A stretch of 64,000 bases of DNA, taken from NCBI GenBank assembly GCA_951406725.2, contig OX597822.1, positions 51,894,001-51,958,000 on the forward strand. The letters are read 5' to 3'. Under the pieces are notes generated by a model. That model saw only the letters and a program-made list of their open reading frames with translations, was not told where the DNA came from and did not search any database. The stretch is from Octopus vulgaris (lineage: Eukaryota). Below, piece by piece: positions 14,029 to 27,969 of this stretch. Both the position numbers and the translations under genes were made by a program. The first letter of the stretch is position 1. The number at the start of each line of letters is the position of its first letter.

Positions 14029-14878
14029 AAATTAGAGAGACAGTTAAGAAACTAACGGTGAGAATATGACCACAATTCTTTAGGGAAAAACAATTTAGAT
14101 TAGACGTACTCTTCAAAGGGAAACAAAAGTATGACTAATCTTTAGCAAAGATTAAACCTCGCAAACCGTTTTTAAAATGAGAGAGCAATTCACATATTAC
14201 GATTATCTATATTCTGGTGGTCTTAAAGAAAATTTATTCTAAATGAATGACATCAAAGGTTTCTGAGCCATATACTACGATTCAATCAGGAAGGTGAAAG
14301 GAATTTATGAAGCGAATGTACACAGTAAACCTGCATCCTTGTATTTATTGATTAAATAATATTTTACAGAAACTCTTCTAGCTATATGCTGAAATAATTT
14401 CCTTTTACTTCAGTGTATTCCAATGTTCATTCTTTTAAGAATGAATGAAGCGAAATGTTCAATACGAGAAATGGAAACATTTACACAAGCAAATGTTACA
14501 TAATGAGAAAAATATATTCGCTTTTCCACATCCTGTGTAACATCCGTTTTTATTCAATGTTTAGCAACATGTTTGAATCATGGACTCAATATGACGTTGG
14601 TGATAAAGAATGAGAGAGGTTTTTTTTGTCCTGCGAATCGTTGAGCATAAATAACATATTGTGGAGATATAAATGTCTCTGACAGTTTATGCTATACTGG
14701 GTCAGTCCCAGAGATTTTTAATCGGATGTCATGAGCCAGAATTTTGTGATTAATTCAGAACATAGGCAGATGTTCAGCGATAGTCTGCTCTCACCTCCAT
14801 CGTGTTTCTCCAAGACATAACAGAGTAGTTTAAGCCCAATCCGCCATAGCAACTTCTATATGTTGGTGAAGTATCCTT

Positions 14879-15293
14879 ATTTCTTTATTGCCCACAAGGG
14901 GCTACACACAGAGGGGACAAACAAGGACAGACAAACGGATTAAGTCGATTATATCGACCCCAGTGCGTGACTGGTACTTATTTAATCGACCCCGAAACGA
15001 TGAAAGGCAAAGTCGACGTCGGCGGAATTTGAACTCGGAACGTAAAGACAGACGAAATACCTCTTTCTGTAATACCCATAAGGGGCTAAACACGGAGGGG
15101 ACAAACAAGGACAGACAAACGGATTAAGTCGATTATATCGACCCCAGTGCGTGACTGATATTTATTTAATCGACCACGAAAGGATGAAAGGCAAAGTCGA
15201 CCTCGGCAGAATTTGAACTCAGTACGTAGCAGCCGACGAAATACTGCTAAGCATTTCGCCCGGCGTGCTAACGTTTCTGCCAGCTCGCCGCCT
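14879..15293 (-). mobile_element. SINE family A with tandem duplication of its 3' ~180 bp
   Basis: Head at 15293. Body and tail occur twice (14879-15060 and 15061-15240). Imperfect TSD TG(G/A)TGAAGTAT(C/T)CTT. Confidence 0.88.
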
Positions 15294-15789
15294 TGATGAA
15301 GTATTCTTTATAGCAAAGACTGTGAAATTGTGGAAAATTTTGAGAATATGTAGAAAAAAAATCTAGAATTAACAGTTCACAGAGTAAAACTAGCAAATAA
15401 AGTTTTAATAACTAGGGAAAAAGCCAGATCTGATACACCAGAAAAATGACAGGATATGGAAGAAATTCCATACATTGTAAGTAAGGTGCTGTACGTGTGC
15501 ACAAGAGGTGCATTGGAAGCAAAGGTAGGATGTCTTGCAGTGATAAAAAAATTTATAGTTGATGCACAAGAGTAGTTAAGCCTCAGAACACCAGTAAAAT
15601 AAATTACAATGTTCAGTAGACTTCATAGATAATGTTGGTATCTAGGCACTTAGACAATTTAACTGAAGTTTCTCTCTCTCTCTCTCTCTCTATACATATA
15701 TATATATATATATATATATATCTTTCTCTCTCTCTCTCTCTATCTATCTCTCTCTCTCTTCTCTCTCTCACTCTCTGTGAGTGTGTATG

Positions 15790-16350
15790 TGTACAAAAAT
15801 TTAATGTACCTCAATAACTACTACATCTTTCATCCAATTTCTTTAAAATTTTATACACAGTTGCTTCATATCGCAGACCCGAACAAAAAATCTATATTGC
15901 GGTCTCTAGAGCGATGGAAAACCAACAGTAGATGATTTCTATTCATTTGCATTTATCGGCTGTTTTATAATCTGTAGGGTCTTCCATATTTTTTAAATCT
16001 TTTTAAAAACGTTAAAGGATTTTATCTATTTATTTCCACCAGCGACGGAGATTAAATTGACTAGGAACACTGAATGCATACATTTCCACAATTCACAACC
16101 GATTTTCGCTAAACTTCACACACACATTACTTGTGTCCCAAGGATGGTCATGCACTAAACATTTTGCCCAGAGCTGCCGCGTAAATAGACCTAAATGGAC
16201 ATAATATTTTGTATATTAGGTCTTCCATACTCTGTTAATTTTTTTATCAAAGTAAAAGGATTTTGTCTATTTATTTCGACTTTCCAAATGCGATGGTTAT
16301 TAAATTGATAAGGAAACAAACAATCTTAATCTCCACATTTAAACTACATT
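15790..16350. repeat. Degenerate element with ~260-bp internal direct repeat (Helitron-N-like, uncertain)
   Basis: GGTCTTCCATA...AAAGGATTTT(A/G)TCTATTTATTTC...TTAAATTGA.(T/A)AGGAA occurs at about 15978 and about 16219. Confidence 0.45.
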
Positions 16351-17126
16351 AAACTTTGGCAAGCTTACCTTTACTATTCTAAGTTACTTGAAAGGTGATG
16401 TTCCCTTCCCTCTCTTCTATTTGTTGATACCTTTGTTTACCTACCAATGCGTTGTTTCACTTTAAGGATGTTTATTTATCCATCTGTTATGATATTTCGA
16501 CTACTGTCCATTGTCTCAAATGTGTTTTACTATTGTCGTTCTAGACTTTTTTAGACAATCACATATGATTCGTCCCAAAGAATCAACCTTTACATAAGAG
16601 TGTTGCTTCCACTAGCGAAAGGAAAGCTCCATACCAATTTAACTTTATGCGGCATTCGCTGTTAGTTTATGCGTAGTTTATGTGAGAAGACAAAATAAAG
16701 GGCCTTATGTTACCTTATCTCTCCGAAAAAAATAGCTCCCTTTGCTGTTGAAAAAAAAAAAAACTAGCAGAGTGGGGGGGGGTGTCAACGTCTTCCTCCT
16801 ATTTCATTACACCATTTATGCGGCTGTTTCTGAAAGAAATTTCGCTTTCATGTAAAACAACTATATCTTGTGGTCATTAACCGTAATCTACTCTCAAAAC
16901 ACTTCAGCAGCTCTACTTTGCATCGCTTGCAAATTTATATGTTCTATGATCATTAAAGTGCAATGACCTCCACAATAAACAGCCTTCAATTTGATTTTCC
17001 GTTCCTTGGTTAATCGGAAACGTAGATTGCCGTACAACTCTTAAACCTTCTCGATAGTTCAATTATTTGGTGAAAAACATACCACCAAAGCAACTTAAAA
17101 CATCCAAAGGACGGGTGGTGCATTTG

Positions 17127-17170
<44 letters not shown>

Positions 17171-17310
17171 GTATATATGTATGTACGTATGTATATATAT
17201 ATGTATGCATATATGTATGTATGTATGACGTATGCATTAATGCATATACCTTTGTTCACCCATTCGATTTTAAATAATTCGCAAGCGCGAATATATGTAT
17301 ATATATATAT

Positions 17311-17742
17311 TATATAATTAGGGCTTAGTAAAATAAATTACTTTGCCACATACTGAACTTAGTAGAAATAGCAGCCAAAAAAAATTTTCTTAGCATTTCT
17401 ACTACTTAAAGAAAATTTCTCTCAGATAATGTTTATTTGGCTAATCTTGAAACGTTGACGTACTCAAACGATCTATGTACTTGTGATATTTTTCTGTATT
17501 TACCCCCAAACCTTCGTGAGCTGTCTAGAGTAAACATTATCTGAGAGAAATTTTCTTTAAGTAGTAGAAAAGGCTAAAAAGCTTTTTTTGGCTACTATTT
17601 CTAGTAAGTTCAGTATGTGGCAAAGTAATTTATTTTACTAAGCCCTAATTATATAATGTAATATTTTGAATTCGCCTTAAATGGTCCTTTTACATACTGA
17701 TCACTTGGTGAAATTGATTAATTAATTAATTTTACCCTCAAT

Positions 17743-17745
<3 letters not shown>
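17311..17745 (+). mobile_element. Fold-back element in a (TA)n tract (~125-bp inverted arms)
   Basis: 17311-17435 pairs with 17531-17655. The 3' extension carries the shared terminal motif and runs into (TA)n. Confidence 0.8.
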
Positions 17746-17784
<39 letters not shown>

Positions 17785-17820
17785 CGCAGGAGAGGCCGTG
17801 TGGTAAGTAGCTCGCTTACC

Positions 17821-19978
17821 CGCGCATGCGCCTTGGTGTGTTGCTTCAACACTTGAACAAGGAGGACATGAGCTAGTGCGCTCCGTCCTAAGACTGAAAA
17901 TTAAGAAGTCCGTCGAGGTAGATGTTTTTGTTTGTTTTGAGCTGGGCGTGATTTATTGTTTTGGAATTTTTTTCAGTAAATTTCGCCCAGCTCTGGGACA
18001 ATTTCGCCTGCTGTCGGCGCCTATTGTGAATTTTGCTTGTTGGAAAAAATGTTGGGGGCGTATCCCCGCCCCAAAATTGAAGTTTGTTCCAGTCATTGAA
18101 ATTTTTTGCGGCCCATTGTGGCGAAGAATCGTCTTCTGTGGACTTAAGATTCCATCTCGGAGTACCATCCAAAGAAGAGGGCCAGGAGTACCCGTGGCCT
18201 GAATTGTGTAGTCGCCATTTGGAACTATATTTATATTTCTTCCGTGTTTTTCCATCTGTTTTTTGAACTGTCCTTTTGTTTTCTTTGTCTTAATTTTACA
18301 GTCTATTTTTTCGTTCGGATTTTTTCTCTCTTATTTTCTTTTTTCTTTTCTCCTTTTCTAGTATATTTCTATTTTTGTGGACATTTTAACTTTCTTCTTC
18401 ATTGCAATAAAGAAAGGTGCCGCTGCTTTGGACTGGGAGATTGTCCCACCCAAGCAGTGGTTAAAAGATATGGAGTAGGGGACAGTGGTGGTTAGAACTT
18501 ATTCTAAAGTTCTTGATACCATCACCGTCTTCCCAAAACCAGTTATAGAAAATGAACTGATAGACTATTTGTCCTCTGTGAAATACATATCCCGCGGTGT
18601 CAAGCATTCAACCGTATGGTTGCTGTTTCTAACCCTGGGGAAGACTCGCAATTTCGCAGGTCAGCCCTTGGAGGGAAACGAAATTCTGTTCCTCCCGCAG
18701 TACGACGGGAGGAAATTAATAAGATCCTGGGTATGTGGGTTACCCCGTGCACCGAGGCGGGTTAGATTGAAGATACCATCCGACGGGGATTGGAGGATAG
18801 CGGACCCAGGCTCTTAAATGTAAGTGTATTGCCGGCGGTCGATTGGGAAGGGTCAAAAGCGATTTTGACCCTGTGGACCCTATCGGCCGCAACAGATATG
18901 GTTTTTCCAGATATTTTTTAAATGGCTGGCTGCAGGTATCCGGTGATAATTGAGGGACGTCCCCTCAAGTTTCACTCGTGCTTGCAGCCAGGCCACATTA
19001 AAAAGAACTCACCCCAGGACCATGGTAAGGGCCTGGAACAGTCACTGGATGCCACCTCACCTACCCTGTCAAAGGGAAGAGGTGCATGTGGTTGAGGAGG
19101 CTTAGCCTCCTCAACCCAAAAAGGATTAAAAAGGAAGGTGAGCAACAATGGTTGCCCGCCGAAGGACCCTAAGGCTTCAGGAGGTGGGGCAGAGACTCCG
19201 GACAAAGCGGAAGACCTCCACTCTCCCGAAGTCAGGAAGAAAAGGAAGAAAAGAAAGAATGGGTCATTGCCGGTGGGAGATTATGTGCCGTCTGCATGTC
19301 CACAAGTTGTACCACCCACGGTGGAAGAAACGATCCCCACCCTTAAAGATGATGGATTAATTATCTTTTTCTACAAGAGCGGGGAGGTGGAAAAATAGTA
19401 GAAGAACATAAGAGACAGTTGATATGGCCTTCACACGGGATCCTGAATGACCTCGGCAGATAGCTGTGGAGGTCAAAAGGTTTCCCTTGTGGGAAAGGCT
19501 TAGATGATTTGCGGAGTGTCGCATATGACCGGGTGGCTCTTACACTGGAATGACTTATATGTCCTACATGAGTGAGGAATGTGAAATGGCGAGATACAGG
19601 AACTCAAGCGGCATTGAAGATAATGATGGATATATTGATGGATATATCGATGTGTAGGTGGTGAAAAACCCTCGTTAGAGGGTTTAAAACCTCATCTTAT
19701 TGTATTATTTGTAGTGGTTTATAACCCCAATTGTGTGTTTAAAGAAAAAAAAACATGTTAAGTAAGAGGTTTTAGTGCCTCCTTCTTGTAAGAGTTTTGA
19801 AACCTCATATTGATTTTTAAAAAAAGAAAATACATTTCCAAGAAAAATCCAATCGGCGGGTGTTAGGTTTCGTCTCTCATTTATTCATTTTATTTCATTT
19901 TCATTCATTAATGTGTTTGTCCAGCCTGCAGAGCTATCCAATCTTTGTACTGTCTTCATGACAAATTTAAATGAAATA
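17821..19978 (+). mobile_element. Non-autonomous non-LTR retroelement with a decayed gag-like ORF1 (Tx1/L1-like)
   Basis: TSD of 16 bp, AAGTAGCT(C/T)GCTTACC, at 17805-17820 and 19979-19994. A-rich 3' end. GC content is higher than the flanks. Confidence 0.8.
18470..19600 (+). pseudogene. Decayed ORF1/gag-like protein with a CCHC zinc-knuckle remnant
   Basis: YPVIIEGRPLK-FHSCLQPGHIKKNSP (about 18937-19014) fits C-x2-C-x4-H-x4-C with the outer Cys residues mutated. It is followed by a Pro/Lys-rich region (RKKRKKRK). Stops and frameshifts are present. Confidence 0.65.
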
Positions 19979-21093
19979 AAGTAGCTTGCTTACCAACCAC
20001 ATGGTTCCGGTTCAATCCCACTGCGTGACACTTTGGGCAGGTGTCTTCTACTATAGCCTTGGGGCCACTAAAGCCTTGTGAGTGGATTTGGTAGACGGAA
20101 ACTGAAAGGCCATCGTGTGTGTGTGTGTATGTGTGTGTGTGTGTGTTCGTACTGTATTTATTTGTGTGTCTGAGTGAATTATTTAAAATCAAATGAATAA
20201 ATATAAATGATTGCATTGATTGAATTTCCATTGAAAATTATTAGTTAATTACTTTCTCAAACCCAATATTATATTTTTGAACACTCTGAGAAAAAAGAAT
20301 GCACATTTATTTCATGTATTTCGCTGAAACAGTTCGGAATTTTTTTTCGAAACTTTTCTTGAATGTCGTTTTTCTGTCTACTATTTTATATTAATATTTA
20401 TATCTAGTTTTTGTAGAATTTTATATTTCACAAATTAATATGAACCATTCTTTATCCTTACCAGATAGTCTGATCATTTATTTAAAGCACTGAGATTTAT
20501 AAGAAATATTCATGGAACATTAATCGACAGATTTGATAGACAACCATCTCATTTAATTTTTATGAAACATCACGAAGTAAATTAATGAAATTCTTATTAA
20601 TGTATGTATGCACATACTTAAAAAAAATGTACAATATTCTTTCCCATATCGACAAATTTATTAATTACCAGAATCATTCACTGAGATTTCATGAATTGCT
20701 TTCTAAATGAAATTTATTCTAGTGATGAAAATGGTATAAATGGAAAACAAAAGACGTAAATATTTTAACAGAAATTATATTTGATTAAATTAGAGAGTAA
20801 TAATATTTGTCAATTACGATATATTTCTTATTCTGTATTGATTAATTGGAAGTTATATAATTGGTAGAGTGAGAATAAAATGTTAAAGATCGTACGTATG
20901 CACTCCTTCGCGTTTCTAGGGTTTTAAAGTAAATAGAACAATGTAGTAATATGTATGTCCGAATGTCTTCCTTTTTTCTTTCTTATTTGGTTTGTGTTCT
21001 TAAATATCAACGGTTAGATAACTACATGTATTTTTTGCCATTATTATCATCCTGGTAAAAATAATGCCGCTTGTCACAAGTTAGGGTATATAT

Positions 21094-21125
<32 letters not shown>

Positions 21126-21140
21126 GTGTGTGTGTGTGTG

Positions 21141-21413
21141 TGGAGGCGCAATGGCCCAGTGGTTAGGGCAGCGAACTCGCGGTTTCGATTCCCAGACCGG
21201 GCGTTGTGAGTGTTTATTGAGCGAAAACACCTAAAAAAGCTCTACGACGCTCCGGCAGGGGGTGGTGATCCCTGCTGTACTCTTTCACCACTCTTTCTTA
21301 TGTTGGCCTGCTCGCTTAGCCACCGGGGTGGCGTCATTCAAAGGCTAAAACAATGTGAACGCATTGGGACCAGCGATGTGTAACAACATCTGATGGTCTG
21401 GTCGGTCACGTGA

Positions 21414-21415
<2 letters not shown>
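21141..21415 (+). mobile_element. tRNA-derived SINE family C (tail type 1)
   Basis: TGGAGGCGCAATGGCCCAGTGGTTAGGGCAGC...GGTTTCGATTCCC provides A/B boxes. The first ~150 bp are shared with 40679-41069. Confidence 0.88.
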
Positions 21416-21461
<46 letters not shown>

Positions 21462-22297
21462 CGCAAAAAACCCCTCTTAATAAAGAAAACGAAAATATTT
21501 CCCTTTAAACCATTCACTATCACATTTACATCGCAAACTCATGTGAATTTAAGAGAGGCATAGGTATTTATATCTATAGTTTGTATGAAAGATCATTTTC
21601 CCATTCACTAAAATTGATTTGTTTTCACACGTTAGCTATCAAACACACGTAAGGGAATATGCGTAATACTTGAGTAAAAAATTAGACAGATTTGAAAAAC
21701 ATTATCCTCATTCCACTATCTTCCAGAACCGATAAAAACGGATGAACCAGCCTAATTTCAGACAAGAAATTTCATGTGCTGGAATTTCGTCAGTGATGAA
21801 ATACCATGTTTTGCTGTAGACAAAAACATATACACATACAAACACACACATCCACATAAAAGTTTGTTTTTTTTAAGCCAACAGCATGTAATAGACATAT
21901 TTGCTTTGAAACACATATGCAAGTGTGCATAGATATTTTATTATGGAAGATTCATTTTCATCATGATAGCACAAGCGCCGGTCATATTTCTGTTCATTTT
22001 ATTATAATTATTCAATTAATTATTTCTTTCCTTAACCATTAGACTATTCAATCGATTAATCCATTGATAAATCCATGAGCCAAGAAAATGATCGGTTAAA
22101 GGTTTCACTAACTAATTGCAACATGATAAAATGGAATTAAATAGAACTAGAGCGAATGATTTTATTGGTACAATGACCCTACCAATAAAGAACAGCATCT
22201 ATTTCAACCAGCGAATTCATTTCAGATATCTTGCAAAACAAACTGCAAGACAACCACACGCACACACATATACTTGCATATACATATATACGCATAA

Positions 22298-22357
<60 letters not shown>

Positions 22358-23199
22358 ATGTATGCATATATTTGAATATATACATGCATATGTACATGCA
22401 TATATACATGCATATATACATGACTACGTACATGCATACATACGTGTACATACAAGCATGCCTCGCGTTACGGTTACCTCATGTTATGGAATTTGGCATT
22501 TACGGAAGCTGAAAAAGGGATCATTAACTTCTGGATAATATTTCAATGTTACAGAAACTCATTGTACATAGTATGAATTGTTAACGATTTTAAAATTCTT
22601 CTTTCTTCTTAGCTACTTGCGTTTTATTTAGGATCAATGTATATAATTAACGATTTGAATAACAATAATTATACATACATGCACACACATGCACACATGT
22701 ATATATATAATGTACATAATGTGAGGATACATACATATATATATATGTGTGTGTGTGCGTAAGTGTGTGAGTGAACGATTATCTTTAGGTATGTATGCAT
22801 GTATATATGTAGGTAGGTAGGTAGGTAGGTAGGTAGGTAGGTAGGTACCTACCTAAGTGCCTACCTGTGTGCGAGTGTTTCTATCATGAACACATCAGCC
22901 AAAAGCAACAGTAATGTATATAGTATGATGTAGAAAAGTAAATCTAGTGGTAATAGAAAAGTATAATTTAGTATTTTAATGTGTTTTGATAAGATATAGT
23001 TCATCATATATATGAGTACTGAGAGGAGTCTAGGCAGCCACAACAATACAATTGCTACAGCAACAACAATGTCCGTCCAGCGTGACCAACATTTAAACCA
23101 ATGCAACGCACACCATTCCCAGTATCGACCCACCAACTTTATAAATCTAAGTGGCTACAGCAGATATCTGCTTGAAACTCCAACACGTGTGTGCGGGAG

Positions 23200-23252
<53 letters not shown>

Positions 23253-23479
23253 CCGTGTGTGTGCGCATGTGAGAGCATGCGTGTGTTTGTATGAGTGTGT
23301 TTGTGCATGTTTGAGTGTTCGTATAAGCGCATGCGCATGTGTTTGTGTATGTCCATGTATCTATGTCTTAAGTCAGAAGTACAAGAGGCGAAATGTCTAT
23401 AAAATCTGGTGAACCTTCAGCTAACTTCCTTTTCTTCAGTTCTTCAGTTCTTCACCTTTTCATCTTCTGTTCAGTTTTG

Positions 23480-25324
23480 CATCAACAGGAATAAGACAAC
23501 GTTCCGCTCTAACAAATTAGACCTTTCATGTCCCAACTTATTTTTTACTACAAATTTGTCGTGGATAATCTTTAGTCACTGCTGTTCGATTTACCTACAA
23601 TCTAAGATGTCGGGAAAGAAGCTGTCAAGTAGACCTGAAAGTAGTAATGCGAAAAGGAACTGTAAAAGACGACACTGAATACGACACTTGATGTTTTGGG
23701 AGAAAATGATGTAAAGTGATCAAGAAGTTTCTCCGTTAATTGTCCTGACCTTAGTTTTTCATAATTCAAATTGAAGGATATTTGAGTGTATGCATCGAGG
23801 ATGAGAATCGGCGAAATGTGCCAGTAAATTTAAGGGTAATTTTAAAAAGAGTCAAAATGATTAGCATAAAATGGAGGGCGAAACTTCTAATGAACACCCT
23901 TCTTGGTCTGAAAGGCTTAATAAATGCATTAGTTTGCATAACAGAAAAATGATTAGTGAAACCTGAGCACTGAAGAAAATGAGTGCTGAAGAGGACTACA
24001 CACCAGAACAAGTTTACAGTGCTGTTGAAGCTGCAATTTTCTAGGATAGCATGCTAAAACTTTTATTTCTTGAGAAGGAAAATGAACACTAAGATTTAAG
24101 GCTTCCAAAAACTGTCTTACATTTGTTTTGAGAGAAAATGCCGCCGGTGATATGAAATTGAATGGCTTTCAAGAGTTACAGAAAGTTTAATGTACATCTG
24201 ATTTGACATTCAAATAAGAATGCAAAGAGTGGTTTACAAATGTTCTTGTCTTGTCGTAGAAAGGCAATGTCAGACAAAATATTTCCACCAAAGCATTGAT
24301 TCTTTTAGACAATATACCGAGCTACATAGGGAATTTAGATTAGCTTTCTGATAATCTGAGGGGAGAATATATCTCCAAGATACATGTTTGTTCCAGCCAT
24401 TAGATTCAGGTGTGATAGCTAACTTCAAGATATATTATATGAGGACTTTCAAACAAGTTATGAAACGGAAGACAAATGTTCAGTTAGAGCTTTCTAAAGG
24501 GAATTCACCATAGTAAATAATATAACTGAGTCATGAGATGAAGCGAAACCTTCAAATTTGAATTGTGCTTGGAAAAGTATATAGCCATACTGTATACGTG
24601 GCATTACAAGTTTTCCCCAAACAGTAAGTTTACATCAAAATCGAAAAGTTATAATTACACTTGCAAAAGGTGTAGGATTTGAAGAAGTCATAGATGATAA
24701 TCTGATTGAGTTGCTAATGTCCCAGAGAGAAGGTTTATCTTACGAGGAGTTGAAGCTGTTAGAAAAATAACAAGCTGGGAATAAAGATGAGACAACGGAA
24801 TTTCTAAATAGACTACTTAAATTGACTGATTCTAGAAGGTCTGCAGGTTTTTTGCTGATAAAGATCCTTATCGTGAACGTAACAATGAGCTCAGTTCTTA
24901 TGTTGAATTGCACAAAGGCATGATACGTTACAAACAATCAACGACTGTGGATAAGGTCTTCACCCGTCAAGCTGATGTTCGTGATAATGAACTATGAGTA
25001 AATAATATACTTAATCCTTCCAGTAAAACTCATTCTACCGCCATCCCTCACACATTAGCCAACATCTTTTCTGGTAAGAACGTACTCTAACGTTATTATG
25101 GTTCTTATTAATTCTCATGCATGAAGGTGATCGTCTTGCTTGTTGTATGTTGTTTTCGGGTGATACCGTTTTTTCCTTCCCTTTTTCTTTCGTATAAGTA
25201 TGTAGGAACGCAATTTCACTTGATCATATGAAAATCAATAGAAAAATTATTTCTGCATTACGGTATTTCGCCTTACAGACAGATTTTCAGGAACGCATTA
25301 TTTCCGTTAAGCGAGGGATTCCAG
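23480..25324 (+). mobile_element. Tigger/pogo DNA transposon remnant (decayed transposase plus right TIR)
   Basis: N-terminus MSGKKLSSRPESSNAKR (23607). ILLDNIPSY (about 24300) and FQPLDSGVIANFKIYY (about 24392) match the pogo LDNAPGH and QPLDQGVI motifs. The end reads CGTTAAGCGAGGGATTCCAG followed by TA. Confidence 0.85.
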
Positions 25325-25402
25325 TATATACATATATGTGTGTGTGTGTGTGTGTATTATACTATTTACACATACATATGTATACACACACATACACACA
25401 CG

Positions 25403-25442
<40 letters not shown>

Positions 25443-26900
25443 AATGTGTGTGTGTATGTGTGTGTGTACATATATATGCACGTGTTTGTATGACTGTGAG
25501 ATAAGTGTTTGCCAAAGCGTTTAACCAATGCAAGTGAAGCAAAATATGCTAGGTGGTGTCTGAATGAAAAAGTAAAGAGAAACAATATTGTGTCACATTA
25601 TGTAGGTTTTCTGATGATCATCTAGCATTTTGAAAAAAAAATCTCAATTCAAATTAAATGAAAAAAAAACAATTACATAATTTAACTAACACCTCTCCTG
25701 CACTTAACACATTTACATCCATTGCAATGCTTCAAACAAATTTACCCTTAAAATATGCGCATATATATATATATATAACCACACAGACGCTTACATAAAA
25801 ATTAAAATATATACATTCCACTATTAAAGTAAGAGTATTATTTTTTAGCGAATTGAATGATAACGCTGTCATATTTTTTAGCGAGTTGAATGATAACGCT
25901 GTCATATTTACTCGTACTGTGACATTATATGGAGAATAGTCAACTCGATCTTCCAATGGTATGTGTGTGTGTTAGCGTGTGTGTGTGTGTTAGCGTGTGT
26001 GTGTATTAGCGTGTGTGTGTGTGTGTGCTTGTCTACGCATCTGTATCTAATGTTCTGTGTGTGTGTATGCGTGTATCTACATTGTTATATAAAATATATA
26101 CATATACATATGTGTGTGCGTGCGTGTGCGTGCGTGTGCGTATGTGTGTGTGTTCCTATATATTTGAAAACTCCATTTAACTTGCGATTCTATTAGTGGA
26201 ACAAATTGAAATAACGTTATTACAACATATAGGTATTTGTTAATGTTTTTTCGCAATGAAACTGCTAGGAGGTTGCTTTAAAAACATGAAAAATAATTAT
26301 ATTAGTACAAACAGAGAAACAAAAAGAATGTATTCAATACCCAGCAAATCCTTGCAAAGATGTATAGTGAATGTAATCGAATTATTTTAGTTTCATATAA
26401 TCTCAAGCATACTTTCCGACTAAGTTTCTGCTATTTTAAGTCCTAATATGTACGCTTCTTGAAATCTTCATTAGCAGGTATCTAAATTTTTCTCTCTACG
26501 TACAATTTTTTCCGTTTTGATTATTCATGCATCTGCGTCTGATGCTGTTTGGATTATATTAATTATTTGTCAGTATGTGAGCGCGTACGAGTCTTTAGCG
26601 AGTACGTGTAATTGCGTTTGTGCCTTTGTGTTTGTATTTAGATATGGATAGCTAGCAGCGATACATAAGCTTCTATATCAATTGTTGTTTTAGTTTTCTA
26701 AAGATAACTCCATACAGAGAACAATGCGTTTTCTATCGCCATTAATATAACAAACATTGCATATTCCTCTCCATCGGCTTTTGCTACTTTAGCGTACATA
26801 CAGAATTTCATCTGCAACTACTATGACGATTATTATTATTCCATTATTCCTCTTTCTCTTACACATACGCCAGAGATCAATAGCAATGCCCGAATACGAA

Positions 26901-26967
<67 letters not shown>

Positions 26968-27294
26968 TTATATATACATACATACATACATACATACATA
27001 CATACATACATACATACATACATACATACATACATACATACATACATTCATACATACATTTACACATACCACTGCGTTACAATTTACGCCGTGGTGCTTG
27101 CCAGATGGTATAGTCGACATATTGTGAGAAGACGTATCCTTGAAATTCTATCCATATTCACGAATACTTTGTCCTTCCATGGATGACATAATAAGTATCA
27201 ATTGATTACATGAGAAGTATGGCTCATGTAACCGATTAATTATTAGTCGGCTATTTCACAAAGTGTTTGTTATCCGGTGTATACATAAATATCA

Positions 27295-27428
27295 GTAGGC
27301 TATGTGGTAAAAATCTTACACCCCAACAACATGATTCTGGGTTCAGTCCCACTGTGTGGCACCTTGGCCAAGGGTTTTTTACTGTAGCCTCGAGCTGACC
27401 AAAACGGAAACTGAAAGTAACCCATCGC

Positions 27429-27504
<76 letters not shown>

Positions 27505-27594
27505 GTAAATATATTATATATATATATATATATGCATTGGTGTGCCTGTAATTATCCTCCCACCTTCGGTTGACAATCGATATTGGTGAGCCGT

Positions 27595-27682
<88 letters not shown>

Positions 27683-27875
27683 TTTGTGTGTCAGTGATTA
27701 TCCTCCCACCTTCGGTTGACAATCGATGTTGATGAGGCTGCATCCCGTAACTGAGAGGTTCAGCAAAAGAGACCGAAATAATATGTACTAGGCTTACAAC
27801 AAAGACTAAGTCCTCGGGTCGATTTGTTCGAATAAAGGTGGTGCCCCAGCACAACTGAAAGAAGTAAAAGAATAA
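27295..27875 (+). mobile_element. SINE family B with internal (TA)n expansion and partial tail duplication
   Basis: Head 27295-27428, then (TA)n. ATTATCCTCCCACCTTCGGTTGACAATCGAT occurs twice (about 27551 and 27697). The tail ends in AAGTAAAAGAATA. Confidence 0.75.
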
Positions 27876-27920
27876 GCGAATAACAGCATAAAATAATATA
27901 CATAAATATATACATATGTG

Positions 27921-27953
<33 letters not shown>

Positions 27954-27969
27954 ACATATATATATATAA

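Larger units (their letters stand above)
12770..14330 (+). mobile_element. Highly degenerate RTE-like LINE fragment interrupted by the 13378-14028 element
   Basis: Scattered motifs only (W-R-W-N resembling RTE 'WWN', K.WK, AA-rich helix). No long ORF. Confidence 0.35.
17782..20116 (+). mobile_element. tRNA-derived SINE family B, split by a 2.16-kb insertion
   Basis: Head AGGCGCAGGAGAGGCCGTGTGGTAAGTAGCTCGCTTACC (17782-17820) resumes at 19995 with AACCACATGGTTCCGGTTCAATCCCACTGCGTGACACTTTGGGCAGG...GACGGAAACTGAAAG. Confidence 0.88.

Noticed and set aside
21141-21200. tRNA gene
   Set aside because: The tRNA-like A/B boxes continue into a SINE body and no complete cloverleaf is visible. The same applies to the other SINE heads.
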